Of a stretch of DNA of 64,000 nt, positions 1-9,004 are shown one piece after another; positions within the stretch are counted from its first letter, which is position 1, and each line of letters starts with the position of its first letter. Made by a program: the position numbers and the translations under genes. Source of the DNA: Pseudomonadota bacterium (GTDB lineage Bacteria > Chloroflexota > Ktedonobacteria > Ktedonobacterales > JADMIN01); NCBI GenBank assembly GCA_021324535.1, contig JAJPIU010000240.1:6745-70744 (forward strand), written 5' to 3'. The notes under the pieces are model-generated. The model saw nothing but the letters and a program-made list of their open reading frames with translations, was not told the DNA's origin and did no database searches.

Positions 1-1458
1 GTTTGCCCCCTGGGCCAGAGCCACCTCGGCGAAGTAGGCTTCCACCGTGGCGGGTTCTTTAGTCAGCGCCCGTAGCGTATCCAGGCTGTTCACGTTGCCG
101 GAGCCTTCCCAGATCGAGTTGAGCGGCGCCTCGCGGTAGAGCCGTGGCATGCCGCTTTCCTCTACGTAGCCATTGCCACCCAGGCATTCGAGCGCTTCCG
201 CCACATACGTTGGCGTGCGCTTGCAGACCCAATATTTGCCGATGGCCACGCCAATGCGCTTCAGCGCCGCCGCCTGCGCATCGCCCATTGCAGCTTCGTC
301 GCAGGCGCGCGCCAGCCGCAACATTAACCCAGTCGCCGCCTCCGACTCAATCGCCAGGTCGGCCAGAACGTTTTGCATCAGCGGCTGGTGGATCAAGGCG
401 CGGCCAAACGCTGCTCTGTGGGCGGCGTGATGGGTGGCCTGGGCTACCGCCTGTCGCATCAGCGCGGCTGACCCGGCGATGCAATCCAATCGGGTGGAGT
501 TGACCATCTCGACGATCACCTTGACGCCACGTCCCTCCTCGCCGATCAGCCGCGCCCAGGTGTGATCAAGCTCGATCTCGCTCGATGCGTTCGAGCGGTT
601 GCCCAACTTGTCTTTGAGTCGCTGGATGTAGATGCGGTTGCGCGCGCCATCGGGCAGGATGCGCGGAACCAGGAAGCACGAGAGGCCGCCCGACGTCTGG
701 GCAAGCATCAGGAAGGCGTCGCACATGGGGGCGGAGCAAAACCACTTATGGCCTGTGAGCAGATAATCGCCGCCAGGGCCGCCTGCGCCAACCGGCTCCG
801 CGCGCGTGGTGTTGGCGCGCACGTCCGAGCCGCCCTGCTTCTCGGTCATGCCCATGCCACAGAGCGCGCTTCCCTTCTCACTGGCGGGGCGTAGCGTTGG
901 CTGATAGCGGTTCGCTGTGAAGAGCGGCTCCCACTCGGCGGCAAGCTCTGGCTGTGCGCGCAAGGCCGGAATGGCGGCGTGGGTCATCGAGATGGGGCAG
1001 CCATGCCCGGCCTCCACCTGCGACCAGACGTAAAACCCTGCGATGCGGGCCACATGCGCGCCAGGGCATGGATCGCGCCAGGAGCTTGCGTGCAATCCCC
1101 AACCAGTGGCGTGCTTCATCAGTTCATGCCAGGCGGGATGAAACGTCACCTCGTCAATGCGGTGTCCGTAGCGGTCGTAGGTATGGAGAACCGGTGGATA
1201 GGCGTTGGCGTCGTCGCCCCACTGGATGACAACATGGCTGCCTGCGTGTTGGCCGATCTCGTGCAGTTGTGCGTTTGCCCATGCGGCGCCATCGCGCTCA
1301 ACGCCCTCGCGCAATGCCGCATCCTGCGCAAAGACGTTGTAGCCTACCAGCGGGGGCGGCTGGTTGAGCGCCTCCTGCGCGACGGTGTGGATGGTCTGGA
1401 TGGTCTGGGCGGCGGCTGGTGTTGCGTTTGTCGCGGGATTGGTAAGCGTGTCGGTCAT
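1..1458 (-). CDS. Acyl-CoA dehydrogenase family protein, AidB-like (C-terminal end runs off the left edge of the window)
   Basis: Absent from the supplied track, presumably because it is truncated. My minus-strand translation from the ATG at 1458 (GGAGGA about 8 nt upstream) gives MTDTLTNPATN...GMGMTEKQGGSDVRANTTRAE...GHKWFCSAP...SIWEGSGNV, typical AidB/ACAD motifs. The frame stays open to position 1. Confidence 0.85.
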   Translation of the reverse strand, partial: MTDTLTNPATNATPAAAQTIQTIHTVAQEALNQPPPLVGYNVFAQDAALREGVERDGAAWANAQLHEIGQHAGSHVVIQWGDDANAYPPVLHTYDRYGHRIDEVTFHPAWHELMKHATGWGLHASSWRDPCPGAHVARIAGFYVWSQVEAGHGCPISMTHAAIPALRAQPELAAEWEPLFTANRYQPTLRPASEKGSALCGMGMTEKQGGSDVRANTTRAEPVGAGGPGGDYLLTGHKWFCSAPMCDAFLMLAQTSGGLSCFLVPRILPDGARNRIYIQRLKDKLGNRSNASSEIELDHTWARLIGEEGRGVKVIVEMVNSTRLDCIAGSAALMRQAVAQATHHAAHRAAFGRALIHQPLMQNVLADLAIESEAATGLMLRLARACDEAAMGDAQAAALKRIGVAIGKYWVCKRTPTYVAEALECLGGNGYVEESGMPRLYREAPLNSIWEGSGNVNSLDTLRALTKEPATVEAYFAEVALAQGAN

Positions 1459-2591
1459 AGTTGTCCTCCGTTCGCGTCAGCCAGAATACGCCTGAAATAA
1501 CCAGCGATCTCCTCGTTTGTCAGGGCTTTTACGGCGTCGCCAATCGTCAGTTCGAACATCGAGTATCCGGGCGCGTCAGCCGGACGCAGCCAGGGCAGCA
1601 GCCATACGCGCTGATCGCGGGCCAGCGCCAGATTGGCGTCCATCAGCTGGTCTGGGTCGCCGCGCAGATAGACGTGCATCATATGCGTCTGCGGCGGATC
1701 GGGTGTGATGGCGACGCCGGGGATGCCGTGAAGAGCGGACGAGATCTCGACGGCGCGGCGGTGATATGTGGGGAAGTGGGGCAGGCGACGCTCGAAGTTC
1801 GCGCGCGCAGAGAGCACGTAGGGGAAGAGCTGGACGAGATTGCCGCCATGCCGTCGCTGCCAGACACGCGCATCGGCGATGAAGTCGGCTGGCCCGGCCA
1901 GCGCCGCCCCCGCGATGGCGCCCATCCCTTTGTAAAATGAGACGTAGACGCTATCGAAGAGCGCCGCCACCTCGGCGTAGCTGCGCTCGTAGTAGGGAGC
2001 AGCTTCCCACAGGCGCGCGCCATCCATATGCAGCGCGGCGCCATGCGCCCGCGCCCAGGCGGTTTGGGCGTTGAGTTCCTCCCATGAGGGCAGTTGACCG
2101 CCGATCTCGCGCTGTGGCAATTCGAGCAGCAAGGCGGCCAGCGGCTCGGTGATGGCATTGAGGTCATCGAGGGTGATCAGCCGGTTTGGTTCACCCACCA
2201 GCCGCGCATGCAGACCATGTAGTCGCTCGTAGCCCTTCTGCTCGTGGATTTCCAGATGGCAGGTAGGATGGAACGCGACGCTCCGGCGCCCGTTGCGTTC
2301 GCTCCAGATGCGCAGGGCGATCTGCTGCGCCATTGTGCCACTTGGCATGAAGACGGCGGCCTCTTTGCCCAGGATGCCCGCGATCTCACGCTCGAATCGC
2401 TCGATCAGCCGACCGGCTCCATAGCGGTCGGGGCCAGCTTCTTCATCTTCATCGGTAACGCTGGCCGCCAGCGCCGTCAGTTCCTCGCGCAGATGGAGTG
2501 GCCCATGCCCGGCGAGAAACCGCTCGCACTGGCGCATAACGGCCTGCCGCTCCTCGTGTTTTGCGCGTTCCTGATCGGATGTTTCCTGCAT
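1455..2591 (-). CDS. Threonine aldolase / beta-eliminating lyase family PLP-dependent enzyme
   Basis: Track ORF 1455..2651. Motifs PSGTMAQQIAL, HMDGARLWEA and SFYKGMGA (PLP lysine). I prefer the internal ATG at 2591 (MQETSDQ) because AGGAGGAG lies just upstream. The stop TGA overlaps the ATG of the downstream AidB-like gene (ATGA). Confidence 0.8.
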   Translation of the reverse strand: MQETSDQERAKHEERQAVMRQCERFLAGHGPLHLREELTALAASVTDEDEEAGPDRYGAGRLIERFEREIAGILGKEAAVFMPSGTMAQQIALRIWSERNGRRSVAFHPTCHLEIHEQKGYERLHGLHARLVGEPNRLITLDDLNAITEPLAALLLELPQREIGGQLPSWEELNAQTAWARAHGAALHMDGARLWEAAPYYERSYAEVAALFDSVYVSFYKGMGAIAGAALAGPADFIADARVWQRRHGGNLVQLFPYVLSARANFERRLPHFPTYHRRAVEISSALHGIPGVAITPDPPQTHMMHVYLRGDPDQLMDANLALARDQRVWLLPWLRPADAPGYSMFELTIGDAVKALTNEEIAGYFRRILADANGGQL

Positions 2592-2799
2592 AGAGACTCC
2601 TCCTATCTCCTGAAATCTGGTCGAAAGCCGAGACCGGAGCGCATCGAGCATGTTCCGGTCTCCTTCACAAGATCGGCTGCCGCGTCGTATACTGAGTATG
2701 CTGCGTTGAGGCGCGCCAGTGTCTGCGCACAGTATATCGTGGGCTATCTCGCGGGCTGCGTAGCTGCATATGCTGTTGTGGCCATGCGAGGCGCTCTCT

Positions 2800-2916
2800 C
2801 CAGCCGTTATAACACAAAGACCTCATTTCTCGCGTCTGATCATTTAGGTTGCTGGCAATTTTCTGTACAGATGGCGCCCAGGGGTCTATCAGCGGCGCGA
2901 CAAGAAAGGCTCTACA
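2800..2916 (+). promoter_or_regulatory. Conserved upstream region of the zinc-ribbon gene, with palindromes GTTATAAC (2806..2813) and TCTGTACAGA (2862..2871)
   Basis: Block-wise conserved with 5875..5988 upstream of the paralog. TCTGTACAGA lies 55 nt before the ATG in both copies. The shared ACAAGAAAGGCTCT includes the likely SD. Confidence 0.55.
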
Positions 2917-4338
2917 ATGTTTTGTCCCAGTTGCGGGCGTCCGCTTCCGCATAATGACTTTACCCGCTGTCCATCGTGTGGTACGCCACTGACGCCGCCC
3001 GTTCCCGCGAGCACACCATCCGGTGGTCAGATCGGACTGCCCGAACGTCCGTCGCAGGACGCCGAGACGGTGCTTTCGCAGCAAGGGCAAACGCCAACGC
3101 CAGGGGTTGGCGTTCCCACCAGCGTCTCCGATCCCGCTGCGCGTGTGCTGGCGACATCCACTCCTCCTCAGGCGCCACAGGTCGCACCTGCCGCCTATAA
3201 TCAGCCGCCACAAGCGCCGCACACACCACAACCGGCAGGCGCTCCTCCAGCGGCGGGCGGCTATGGTCAGCAGCAATGGCCCATGCAACAACAGCCGCAA
3301 CAACCGCAACCGGCTATGCCATCGGGCGCAGCGTATCCTCCACAGCCCCAATATCCACCGGCTGGCGGGTATGGCTATCCACAACAGGCGGCTCCGATGC
3401 CCTCAACGCCCACCACGCCGCCAGCGGTTGCGCCCTCCACTCCACTGACGCCGCCGATGCCCCCTGGCTACGCGGCGCAAACGCCGCAAACGCCGCAAGC
3501 GCCTCAGGCCCAGGGCGGCTATGGGCAAACCATGCCTGCCTACCAGCAGCAGCCGGGCTACGCGCCCCCTGCGCCTGGCTATGCGCCACAGCCGGGCTAT
3601 CCACAACAGCAGCCATATCAGCCAGGGTTTCCGCCGCCCCAGCCGCCGCGCAGACGCAGCCCCGCTCCAATCATCATTGGCAGCGTCGGCGCGATCCTGG
3701 TTCTACTGATTGTCGCCGTGTTGGTCGTACCTGCCATCAGCCGCACTTTCAGTACGGGAACCACCACACACCAGGGAACTAGCACGCCGCAGCCCACAGC
3801 GCCCCCCAGCGTCAAGACCTTCTTTCAGGATGCGTTGACCTCCAACACACATGGCTGGCTGGTGGACAGCACCCACTGCTTTTTCTCAGATGGGGGGTAT
3901 CTCATCGAGAACAACTTCATTTGTTATGCGCCCACCAGCACAAACCCCGATCCGAACTACACGGTCTCGGTGTCGGTAAAGGAGATCAGCGGCTCCGACA
4001 ATTACCCCTTTGGGCTGAGCATGCGTATTTCCGATAATAACAACGTTCCCTTGCACTATGATTTTGGCATTGATACGCGGGGCGATTGGGCGTTTTTCAA
4101 GGTGCAGGGGAGCAACGCCACCCGGCTTCACGACTTTACCACGAACTCGGCGATCAAAACGGGCTTGAACGCGACCAATACGTTGAAGGTCGTCGTACAG
4201 GGGTCAACCTTCACCTGCTATGTGAATAATACGCTCCTGGGAATCATACACGATTCCTCGTACACATCCGGCAAGGTCGGCCTGTTCAGCGATCAGTACA
4301 AAGCGGTCTTTAACAACCTGCTGATCACCCAGCCATAG
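2917..4338 (+). CDS. Zinc-ribbon / Pro-Gln-rich / single-TM protein with a C-terminal ConA-like (DUF1080/LamG-type) jelly-roll domain
   Basis: N-terminal CPSCG...CPSCG zinc ribbon. About 230 aa of P/Q/A/G low-complexity linker. TM helix APIIIGSVGAILVLLIVAVLVVPAI. C-terminal beta-rich domain ending GKVGLFSDQYKAVFNNLLI. The fold assignment is by pattern only. Confidence 0.8.
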   Translation: MFCPSCGRPLPHNDFTRCPSCGTPLTPPVPASTPSGGQIGLPERPSQDAETVLSQQGQTPTPGVGVPTSVSDPAARVLATSTPPQAPQVAPAAYNQPPQAPHTPQPAGAPPAAGGYGQQQWPMQQQPQQPQPAMPSGAAYPPQPQYPPAGGYGYPQQAAPMPSTPTTPPAVAPSTPLTPPMPPGYAAQTPQTPQAPQAQGGYGQTMPAYQQQPGYAPPAPGYAPQPGYPQQQPYQPGFPPPQPPRRRSPAPIIIGSVGAILVLLIVAVLVVPAISRTFSTGTTTHQGTSTPQPTAPPSVKTFFQDALTSNTHGWLVDSTHCFFSDGGYLIENNFICYAPTSTNPDPNYTVSVSVKEISGSDNYPFGLSMRISDNNNVPLHYDFGIDTRGDWAFFKVQGSNATRLHDFTTNSAIKTGLNATNTLKVVVQGSTFTCYVNNTLLGIIHDSSYTSGKVGLFSDQYKAVFNNLLITQP

Positions 4339-4380
4339 CGACACAGTATCAGAGGATCACAGAGAAAGCAGGACAACGAG

Positions 4381-5220
4381 GTGAGCGAAAAGACACAAAG
4401 CGGAGGCGCAAGCGTCGCCTTTACCGACCTGACAGGGGAGACACAGACGATCTGGGAGGGCAACGCGGCGTTTTGGGATGAGCAGATGGGAGAAGGCAAT
4501 GACTTCCAACTGCGGCTCATCGGGCCTGCCACCGAGCGCCTGTTGAACCTCCAGCCCGGCGAGCGAGTCTTCGAGGCGGCGTGCGGCAACGGCGTTTTCT
4601 CGCGCCGTATGGCGTCGCTTGGCGCGCAGGTGATGGCGAGCGACTTCAGCCCTACATTCGTTGAGCGAGCGCAGGCGCGCACCGTAGGCCAGCCCTACGC
4701 CGAACGTGTCAGCTATCATGTGGCCGACGCTACCGATGAGGCGCAACTTGTGGCGCTGGGAGACGGAGCTTCGTTCGACGCCGCCTATTGTGGGATGGCG
4801 TTTATGGATATGACGACCATCGAGCCACTGCTGCGCGCCGTGCGGCGGCTGCTCAAGCCTGATGGGCGCTTTGTCTTTTCGCAGGCGCATCCGTGCTTCA
4901 ATTCAGGAACATTCCGGCTTGCCATCGAGGAAGAGGATGTCTCAGGGGAGATACGCACGGTATATTCAGTGCGGATTGCACGCTACAGTCAGCCCCAGGC
5001 GGCGCGTGGCCTGGGCATATTGGGCCAGCCGGAGCCGCACTACTACTTTCACCGCCCGCTGAGCGAGCTATTGGGCGCATGTTTCCGGGCGGGTTTCGCG
5101 CTAGATGGCCTGGAAGAGCCGACCTTTCCACCAGAGGCGTCGTCGGCGCGTCCGCTCAGTTGGGTGAACTTCCACGAGATTCCGCCCGTGCTGGTGGCGC
5201 GGCTACGCCCCATAGGCTGA
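4381..5220 (+). CDS. Class I SAM-dependent methyltransferase
   Basis: GTG start. Motif I VFEAACGNGVFS, an acidic loop MASDFS, and the post-motif LLKPDGRFVFS. Confidence 0.8.
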   Translation: MSEKTQSGGASVAFTDLTGETQTIWEGNAAFWDEQMGEGNDFQLRLIGPATERLLNLQPGERVFEAACGNGVFSRRMASLGAQVMASDFSPTFVERAQARTVGQPYAERVSYHVADATDEAQLVALGDGASFDAAYCGMAFMDMTTIEPLLRAVRRLLKPDGRFVFSQAHPCFNSGTFRLAIEEEDVSGEIRTVYSVRIARYSQPQAARGLGILGQPEPHYYFHRPLSELLGACFRAGFALDGLEEPTFPPEASSARPLSWVNFHEIPPVLVARLRPIG

Positions 5221-5243
5221 GCGTCGTACCACGCGCCAGACAA

Positions 5244-5816
5244 TCACTGCGCGTCGCCATGCTGCTCAGGCGGAACAACCTGCACGCCATACCGCTCGAA
5301 TTCATTGCGGAAGCGCGCGTAGATGCTGTTCAGCAGCGCCTCGCCGTCCTTTGGAGAGAGACCCAGGAAGAGCTCGTTCAGCGGGAAGGTAATGCCTGGG
5401 CTTGCGGGATTTTGGCCGACCATGCGCTGTGAGGGCGTGCGATTGGGAGTTTTCAGATAGACGGCAAGCCGATACATGCTTCGGCCCTTCTGGCGAGTGA
5501 CGCCGACCGCTGCAATGTCGGGCCAGGCGATGACCTGGGGCGCGCTAAACGGCGACGCCCAGCCGCACCACTCGCGCGAGTCAATCGCCAGCACAGGATA
5601 GCGCAGCACGCCGCGCACGACAAATAGCGCCAGGTAGAACGCCAGCAGCGGGCAGCAGACGATCAGGACAGCATAGCCAAACACCACAAGGTCGCGACTT
5701 GTTTGGAGACACCAGAACCCAAAGGCAATATCGGCCACCATCAGCGTGATGGCCAGGGCATGTCTCCATAGATTGGCATACAAACGAAGTGAATTGGCTG
5801 CTTGCGGCGCGTGCAT
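5244..5816 (-). CDS. Hypothetical two-TM membrane protein
   Basis: Track ORF 5244..6080. I prefer the start MHAPQAANS at 5816 (GGAGG 7 nt upstream). The longer N-terminus would run through the conserved upstream region of the neighbouring gene. Two hydrophobic helices are followed by a soluble C-terminal domain. Confidence 0.6.
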   Translation of the reverse strand: MHAPQAANSLRLYANLWRHALAITLMVADIAFGFWCLQTSRDLVVFGYAVLIVCCPLLAFYLALFVVRGVLRYPVLAIDSREWCGWASPFSAPQVIAWPDIAAVGVTRQKGRSMYRLAVYLKTPNRTPSQRMVGQNPASPGITFPLNELFLGLSPKDGEALLNSIYARFRNEFERYGVQVVPPEQHGDAQ

Positions 5817-5874
5817 CTTTGCCTCCATACTGTACAATGCCTGCATGCGGGTAGAGGCATGTGAGACCCTTCTG

Positions 5875-5988
5875 CTCTCCGTTATAACATAAAACTGATC
5901 TTCCAGCGTATGAGTAGCAGGCAAAGGCAAATTTCTGTACAGATAACGCCAGGGTTTAGAACAACGGCGCAACAAGAAAGGCTCTGCG
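5875..5988 (+). promoter_or_regulatory. Second copy of the conserved upstream region, with palindromes GTTATAAC (5881..5888) and TCTGTACAGA (5934..5943)
   Basis: Aligns with 2800..2916. Same palindromes and same 55-nt distance from TCTGTACAGA to the ATG. Confidence 0.55.
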
Positions 5989-7153
5989 ATGTTTTGTCCA
6001 AACTGCGGGCGTACGCTTCCGCATAATGACTTTACCCAATGTCCATCCTGTGGCGCCCCGCTGACGCCTCCCGTAGCCAACGCGCCAGCTGGCAGCGACC
6101 TTGAGCTTCCCCAGCGCCCATCCCCCTATGCCGAGACAGCGCTTTCGCAGCAGGGACAAGCATCCCAACAGTTTCAAACGCCACACGGCCAGCAAACACA
6201 CATCATGCCATTAGCAGCAGGGGGATATGGGCAATCCCAACAACCACAGCAGCAATGGATAGCACTACCGCAACCGGCCATGTCACCGAACGCAGCGTAT
6301 CCGCAGCAGGCGCAGTATCCGCCTATGGGTGGCTATGGGTATCCACAGCAACCTGCGCCTGTGTACTTTACACCCGTGGCGCCTGTCTATTCCCAGCCGC
6401 CAAACTACGCGCCGCCGGGCTATCCGCTGATGTATCAGCCACAGCAGTCGCCACAACCGCCACGCAGACGCGCTTCGACGCCAATTATCATAGGCAGCGT
6501 CATCGCGATCCTGGTTTTACTGATCGTCACTGTGCTGGGTGTATTTGCCCTCAGAAACGGCTTTGTCCCAGGGTTTACCAACTTACACCAGGGGGCATAA
6601 CACGCCGCAGCCGACCGCGACTCCCAGTGGCACGGTCTTCTTCCAGGATCCGCTGACCTCCAACACACACTACTGGCTGGTGCTTGGCGGCTATTGCTTT
6701 TTCGCAAATGGTAGCTATCACATCGAGAACAATTATATTTGTTTTGCGCCAGCCGGTGATCCTGGGCCAAATTATACCGTCTCGGTGGATGTCAAAGAGG
6801 TTAACGGCTTCGACGATTATCCTTTTGGGCTGAGTCTGCGTATTGCCGCCCCGAACAATGTCTTTGAACACTATGACTTCGGCATTGATAGTCTGGGCGA
6901 GTGGGTGTTTTACAAGGTAAATGGGAGCAATGCCACTAAGCTTCACGGCTATACTGCGAACGAAGCGATCAATCAGGGAAATGATGTCAACAACACGCTG
7001 AAGGTGGTCGTGCGAGGATCAACCTACACGTGCTATGTGAACAACACATTGGTTGGAACCGTGTATGACGCAACATTTACCTCAGGCAAGGTAGGGCTGT
7101 TTAGCAACAAGTACGAGGCGGCCTTCAACAATTTGCTGATTACCCAGCCTTAG
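5989..7153 (+). pseudogene. Frameshifted paralog of the 2917..4338 zinc-ribbon / P-Q-rich / TM / ConA-like protein
   Basis: Track ORFs 5989..6600 (zinc ribbon, P/Q linker, TM) and 6539..7153 (ectodomain) lie in frames 1 and 2. Both align colinearly to the intact paralog. The frames join if one G is removed from the G5 run at 6591..6595. Confidence 0.75.
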
Positions 7154-7880
7154 AAAAGAGAGGAGACCCCAGGTGAGATACCACATGCTTACTTGAGACT
7201 CTGGCCAGCGCGCGGCTGATCGCGTAGCCTGTCACGATGGTCTGCGCCGTCCAGCAGAAGATCACACCTAGAGAGAACGAAGAGAGAGCGCCCAGGAGTA
7301 ACCCCGCTGGCCAGGCGATCCCCCAGCCCAGCGCGCTGAGCGCCAGCCAGCGCCACCATCCACGCCCCGCCCATTGGCGCAGGTCACGCAGTGTGAGCGC
7401 CTGCGCCGCGCCGACAACGATCCCAATGATCGCCGAAACGATAGCCAGCGAGACGAACAGCAGCAGCGTGTTGATTAGTGGCGGCGCCCCTGGCTGCGCC
7501 AGCGAGAGCACCGCAAAAGGGGGTTGCCCCTCAAAAATATACAACGGGATGACGCTGAGCGCCGAAAGCAGGCTGACCAGCGTCCAGCGCCACCCACGTC
7601 CGGCTTGCCTGGCGTGCGTCGTCAGCAGCGCAATCACCAGCGCCAACCCCTGCCCCAGCGCGATGCAGATGATATAGACGCCGAACGAACCAACCACTGC
7701 CAGCGTGAGGATGGCGTCTTCGCTGTTGAGCAGGCTGAACACACGCAGCAGCCCGGCGTAGAGGGGGGCATCGAGCGCAAGCCCAACTGCTGCGCCAAGC
7801 GTTGTCCCGACTGGCAAGAGCGCCCAAGTCAGCCAGCGTTGAATGGGTCGTGTGGCTGGCCGCTGTGACTGCTGGCTCAT
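7140..7880 (-). CDS. Hypothetical polytopic membrane protein
   Basis: 246-aa ORF with about 6 hydrophobic helices. Its 3' end overlaps the convergent gene by 14 nt. Confidence 0.6.
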   Translation of the reverse strand: MSQQSQRPATRPIQRWLTWALLPVGTTLGAAVGLALDAPLYAGLLRVFSLLNSEDAILTLAVVGSFGVYIICIALGQGLALVIALLTTHARQAGRGWRWTLVSLLSALSVIPLYIFEGQPPFAVLSLAQPGAPPLINTLLLFVSLAIVSAIIGIVVGAAQALTLRDLRQWAGRGWWRWLALSALGWGIAWPAGLLLGALSSFSLGVIFCWTAQTIVTGYAISRALARVSSKHVVSHLGSPLFSKAG

Positions 7881-7918
7881 GCTTCCGCCTCCTTGCCTAT
7901 CTTCTCATGGTACAGGCG

Positions 7919-8749
7919 TTAATGCGCCACCAGCGAGACGGGAACCAGCGAGGCCAGCAGCGGTGCGATCACCGCCGTCAGGAAGATGCCATCGAAGACG
8001 CCCGCGCCGCCGATGCTGAGGATGCGCGGCGGAACACGCAGCTCGCCGTTGGGGCCGACGCCCCAGAGCCGTTGTGGCCCGGCGTTCAACAGACCGCCCT
8101 GCAAGACCAGCGGAAGGTTCAAGAGATCGGCGCCGATCAGCGTACCGAGCGCGCCCGCGATGTAGGCCACGGGCGCCAGCGCGCCAATGCCCCCACCAAA
8201 GAAATGCACTGTCAGGAAGGCCGTCAGTGCGGCAATGATCGGCGCGACAAAGCTGGGAAGTGTGATGCCCACGCCAGGGACGGGGCGCGCCAGCAGTTTG
8301 GTGATTACGATCACTACGACGGTTGCCACCAGCGCATCGAGCAGGGCAAGCATGGCTTCGGGCAGGTCGCTCAGCGTGTGGATCAGGTAGATCGAGAAGG
8401 AGATGGGTACGAGCGCGCCGCCGACATTGATAGCAATCACCTCGTCCTGCGTGGCGGGCGGATAATAATGGATGATGGGCAGCGCCATCCGCAGGAAATC
8501 GGGCATGGTGGCGGCGCGCGGGTCGGTGATGACGATCTTGCGGCGGGTGATCGGGATATTGATCATGCTGCCGATCAGCGAGCCAACCAGCACGAGCAGC
8601 GCGCCGTTTGGCGACAGCCCCAGCCGCTGAAAGGCGTTGGCCGCCAAATTGAAATAAAACAAAGCGAGAAGGAAGGGAAGCACCAGCGCGATCAGCATGA
8701 TGGGCAGCCAGACATGATGTTGTGTAGGCGGGGTGGATTGTGGATACAC
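7919..8749 (-). CDS. DUF1614-like polytopic membrane protein
   Basis: This is the C-terminal 277 aa of track ORF 7919..9397 (VYPQSTPP...MLIALVLPFLLALFYFN...). GTG at 8749 has GGAGA 5-6 nt upstream; an alternative ATG lies at 8698. The long N-terminal extension is antisense to the Uma2 gene and is rejected. Confidence 0.65.
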   Translation of the reverse strand: MYPQSTPPTQHHVWLPIMLIALVLPFLLALFYFNLAANAFQRLGLSPNGALLVLVGSLIGSMINIPITRRKIVITDPRAATMPDFLRMALPIIHYYPPATQDEVIAINVGGALVPISFSIYLIHTLSDLPEAMLALLDALVATVVVIVITKLLARPVPGVGITLPSFVAPIIAALTAFLTVHFFGGGIGALAPVAYIAGALGTLIGADLLNLPLVLQGGLLNAGPQRLWGVGPNGELRVPPRILSIGGAGVFDGIFLTAVIAPLLASLVPVSLVAH

Positions 8750-9004
8750 AGGTGTCTCCGATTCTGATGGATGAAGCAGACAACGACCGGATTGAGAGCA
8801 GACAGATCGCCTCAGTTGTCTTTGCGCGTTTTCGGCGCCACACCGGCATACCCAAACATGCGCCGATCTGTCTCTCCTTGCCACCTTACCACATTGCGCC
8901 ACATCGCATCCCCGCCGCCATGTGCTATCATGACCGTATAGCAATACGTATGGCGAAGCCAGGCCAGGCCATTCCGGCGCTTTGCCGCGAAAGCGAGGGT
9001 TCAT

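Noticed and set aside
5817-6080. N-terminal extension of track ORF 5244..6080
   Set aside because: It would read through the conserved regulatory region and the start of the opposite-strand paralog. A better SD-supported start exists at 5816.
7802-8767. 321-aa plus-strand ORF rich in Asp/Arg/Gln/His
   Set aside because: It is antisense to the DUF1614 membrane gene, and its composition is typical of a shadow ORF in GC-rich DNA. No motifs. The same reasoning applies to 39759..41135, 35908..36846, 28293..29297, 59353..60309, 12067..12684, 44718..45389 and similar long antisense ORFs in the track.
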